From the NCBI RefSeq assembly GCF_900964775.1, contig NC_041806.1:16518297-16582296 (forward strand): DNA of 64,000 nucleotides, read 5' to 3'. The translations under genes and the position numbers were made by a program. Under the pieces are notes generated by a model, which saw only the letters and a list, made by a program, of their open reading frames with translations, was not told the origin of the DNA and did no database searches. This DNA comes from Scleropages formosus. Taxonomy: Eukaryota. This document shows, in pieces, positions 61,790-64,000 of this stretch. The stretch's first letter is position 1. Each line of letters begins with the position of its first letter.

Positions 61790-64000
61790 AAAACATATTG
61801 GAAAATATCAGAATTACATCCATCCATCCATCTTCCTCCGCTTTTATCCGGGGCCGGGTCGCGGGGGCAGCAGTCCGAGCAGAGTACTCCAGACCTCCCT
61901 CTCCCCGCACACCTCCTCCAGTTCCTCTGGGGGAACCCCAAGGCGTTCCCAGGCCAGCCGGGAGACATAGTCTCTCCAACGTGTCCTGGGTCTGCCCCGA
62001 GGCCTCCTCCCAGTGGGACAAGCCCGGAGCACCTCCCCAGGGAGGCGTCCAGGAGGCATCCGAAACAGATGCCCGAGCCACCTCAACTGGCTCCTCTCGA
62101 TGCGGAGGAGCAGCGGCTCTACTCCGAGCTCCTCCCGGGTGACTGAGCTCCTCACCCTATCCCTAAGGGTGCGCCCAGCCACTCTGCGGAGGAAACTCAT
62201 TTCTGCCGCTTGTATCCGCGATCTCATTCTTTCGGTCATGATCCAGAGTTCATGACCATAGGTGAGGGTAGGAACGTAGATCGACCGGTAAATTGAGAGC
62301 TTCGCCTTACGACTCAGCTCCCTCTTCACCACAACAGACCGGTACAATGACCGCATTACTGCAGACGCCGCACCGATCCGTCTGTCGACCTGCCGCTCCA
62401 TTTTTCCCTCACTCGTGAACAAGACCCCAAGATACTTAAACTCCTCCACTTGAGGGAGCAACTCCCCCCTAACCCGGAGGGAGCAATCCACCTTTTTCCG
62501 ACTGAGAACCATGGCCTCGGATTTGGAGGTGCTGATTCTCATCCCCGCCGCTTCGCACTCGGCTGCAAACCTCCCCAGTGCACGCTGCAAGTCTTGACTT
62601 GATGAAGCCAACAGGACCACATCGTCCGCAAAAAGCAGAGACGAGATCTCGCGGCCACCAAAACAGACACCCTCCGTTCCCTGACTGCGCCTAGAAATTC
62701 TGTCCATAAAAATAATGAACAGAATCGGTGACAAAGGGCAGCCCTGGCGGAGTCCAACATGCACCGGGAACAGGTCTGACTTACTGCCGGCAATGCGAAC
62801 CAAGCTCCTGCTCCGGTCATACAGGGAACGAACAGCCCGTAGCAACGAGCCCCGAACCCCATAATCCCGAAGCACCCCCCACAGGATGCCACGAGGGACA
62901 CGGTCGAATGCCTTCTCCAGGTCCACAAAACACATATGGACTGGTTGGGCAAACTCCCACGAACCCTCCAACACCCTAGTGAGGGTATAGAGCTGGTCCA
63001 GTGTTCCACGGCCAGGGCGAAAACCGCATTGCTCCTCCTGAATCCGAGGTTCGACTATCGGTCGGATTCTCCTTTCCAGTACCCTGGCATAGACTTTCCC
63101 AGGGAGGCTAAGGAGTGTGATCCCCCTGTAGTTGGAACACAATCTCCGGTCCCCCTTCTTAAAAAGAGGGACCACCACCCCGGTCTGCCAGTCCAGAGGC
63201 ACCGTTCCCGAACTCCACGCGATGCTGCAGAGGCGTGTCAGCCAAGACAGCCCCACAACATCCAGAGACTTGAGAAACTCGGGGCGGATCTCATCCACCC
63301 CCGGAGCCTTGCCACCGAGGAGTTTTTTGACTACCTCAGCAACTTCAGCCAGGGTAATGGACGAGTCCCCCTCCGAGTCCCCAGCCTCAGCTTCCTCTAC
63401 GGAAGGCGTGTCGGAGGGATTGAGGAGATCCTCAAAGTACTCCTTCCACCGCCCGAGAACATCCTCAGCTGAGGTCAGCAGCGCACCACTTCCACTGTAA
63501 ACAGTGTTCGTGGAACACCGCTTCCCCCCTCTGAGTCGCCGGACGGTTTGCCAGAATCTCTTTGAGGCCGACCGAAAGTCTTCCTCCATGGCCTCACCGA
63601 ACTCCTCCCAAGCCCGAGTTTTTGCCACGGCGACTGCCAGAGCCGCGCTCCGTTTGGCCCGTCGGTACCTGTCAGCTGCTTCAGGAGTCCCATGAGCCAG
63701 CCAGGCCCGATAGAACTCCTTCTTCAGCTTGACGGCATCCCTTACTTCCGGTGTCCACCACCGTGTTCGGGGATTGCCGCCGCGACAGGCACCGGAGACC
63801 TTATGGCCGCAGCTCCGAACAGCCGCACCGACAATGGAGGAGCGGAACATAGTCCATTCAGACTCAATGTCCCCCACCTCCCTCGGGACCTGGTTGAAGC
63901 TCTGTCGGAGGTGGGAGTTGAAGACCTCTCTGACAGGGGCCTCCGCCAAACGTTCCCAACAGACCCTCACTATGCGTTTGGGCCTGCCAGGTCTGTCCAG
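61790..64000 (-). mobile_element. Non-LTR retrotransposon (LINE, jockey/L2-like RT). The 708-codon ORF is uninterrupted to the window edge; its 3' end has a (GATG)n-like tail near 61800
   Basis: ORF 61844-63970 minus contains RT motifs (KAPGVDEIRPEF, FADDVVLLASS) and a C-terminal GRPRTRW motif. The tail ggatggatggatg is at 61800-61830. The element continues beyond 64000. Confidence 0.85.

Noticed and set aside
1-64000. CRISPR arrays, operons, prokaryotic defence systems
   Set aside because: The sequence is vertebrate nuclear DNA, shown by spliced multi-exon genes, SINE and LINE families, and microsatellites. No prokaryotic features are present.

Overview
This 64-kb window is vertebrate (ray-finned fish) nuclear DNA, not a prokaryotic locus. 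It is dominated by one large, complete protein-coding gene on the plus strand: the ortholog of TEP1 (telomerase-associated / vault protein 1). I resolve about 54 coding exons from the ATG at 17427 to the stop at 46853, giving a predicted protein of about 2520 aa. The domain order is one N-terminal TEP1 repeat, TROVE, DUF4062, NACHT P-loop and then WD40 repeats, and exon phases are consistent throughout.

Other features:
- An intact tRNA-Leu(CAG) gene at 2649-2731.
- A CpG island at about 12.4-13.3 kb, which is probably exon 1 of a divergently transcribed minus-strand gene. My four-exon model for that gene encodes a Ser/Arg/Glu-rich N-terminus, a RAD18-type UBZ4 zinc finger and a C-terminal RING-like finger with substituted zinc ligands. 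Its identity is unknown.
- A GC-rich block at 100-850 that contains T-runs and a short ATG exon with a perfect GTAAGT donor. It is either a 5' gene end or a Pol III ncRNA candidate.
- An unusually dense population of one tRNA-derived SINE family with (GT)n tails: about 22 copies, 15 of them packed into 47-62 kb downstream of TEP1, several as inverted pairs.
- Three 3' ends of L2-like LINEs and their tail-derived short repeats, V-SINE-like fragments, an L1-like reverse-transcriptase (RT) relic inside a TEP1 intron, and a 708-codon apparently intact LINE RT ORF cut by the right window edge.

Coordinates were derived by hand from the printed sequence and the ORF track. Exon boundaries should be treated as accurate to within about 2 bp.
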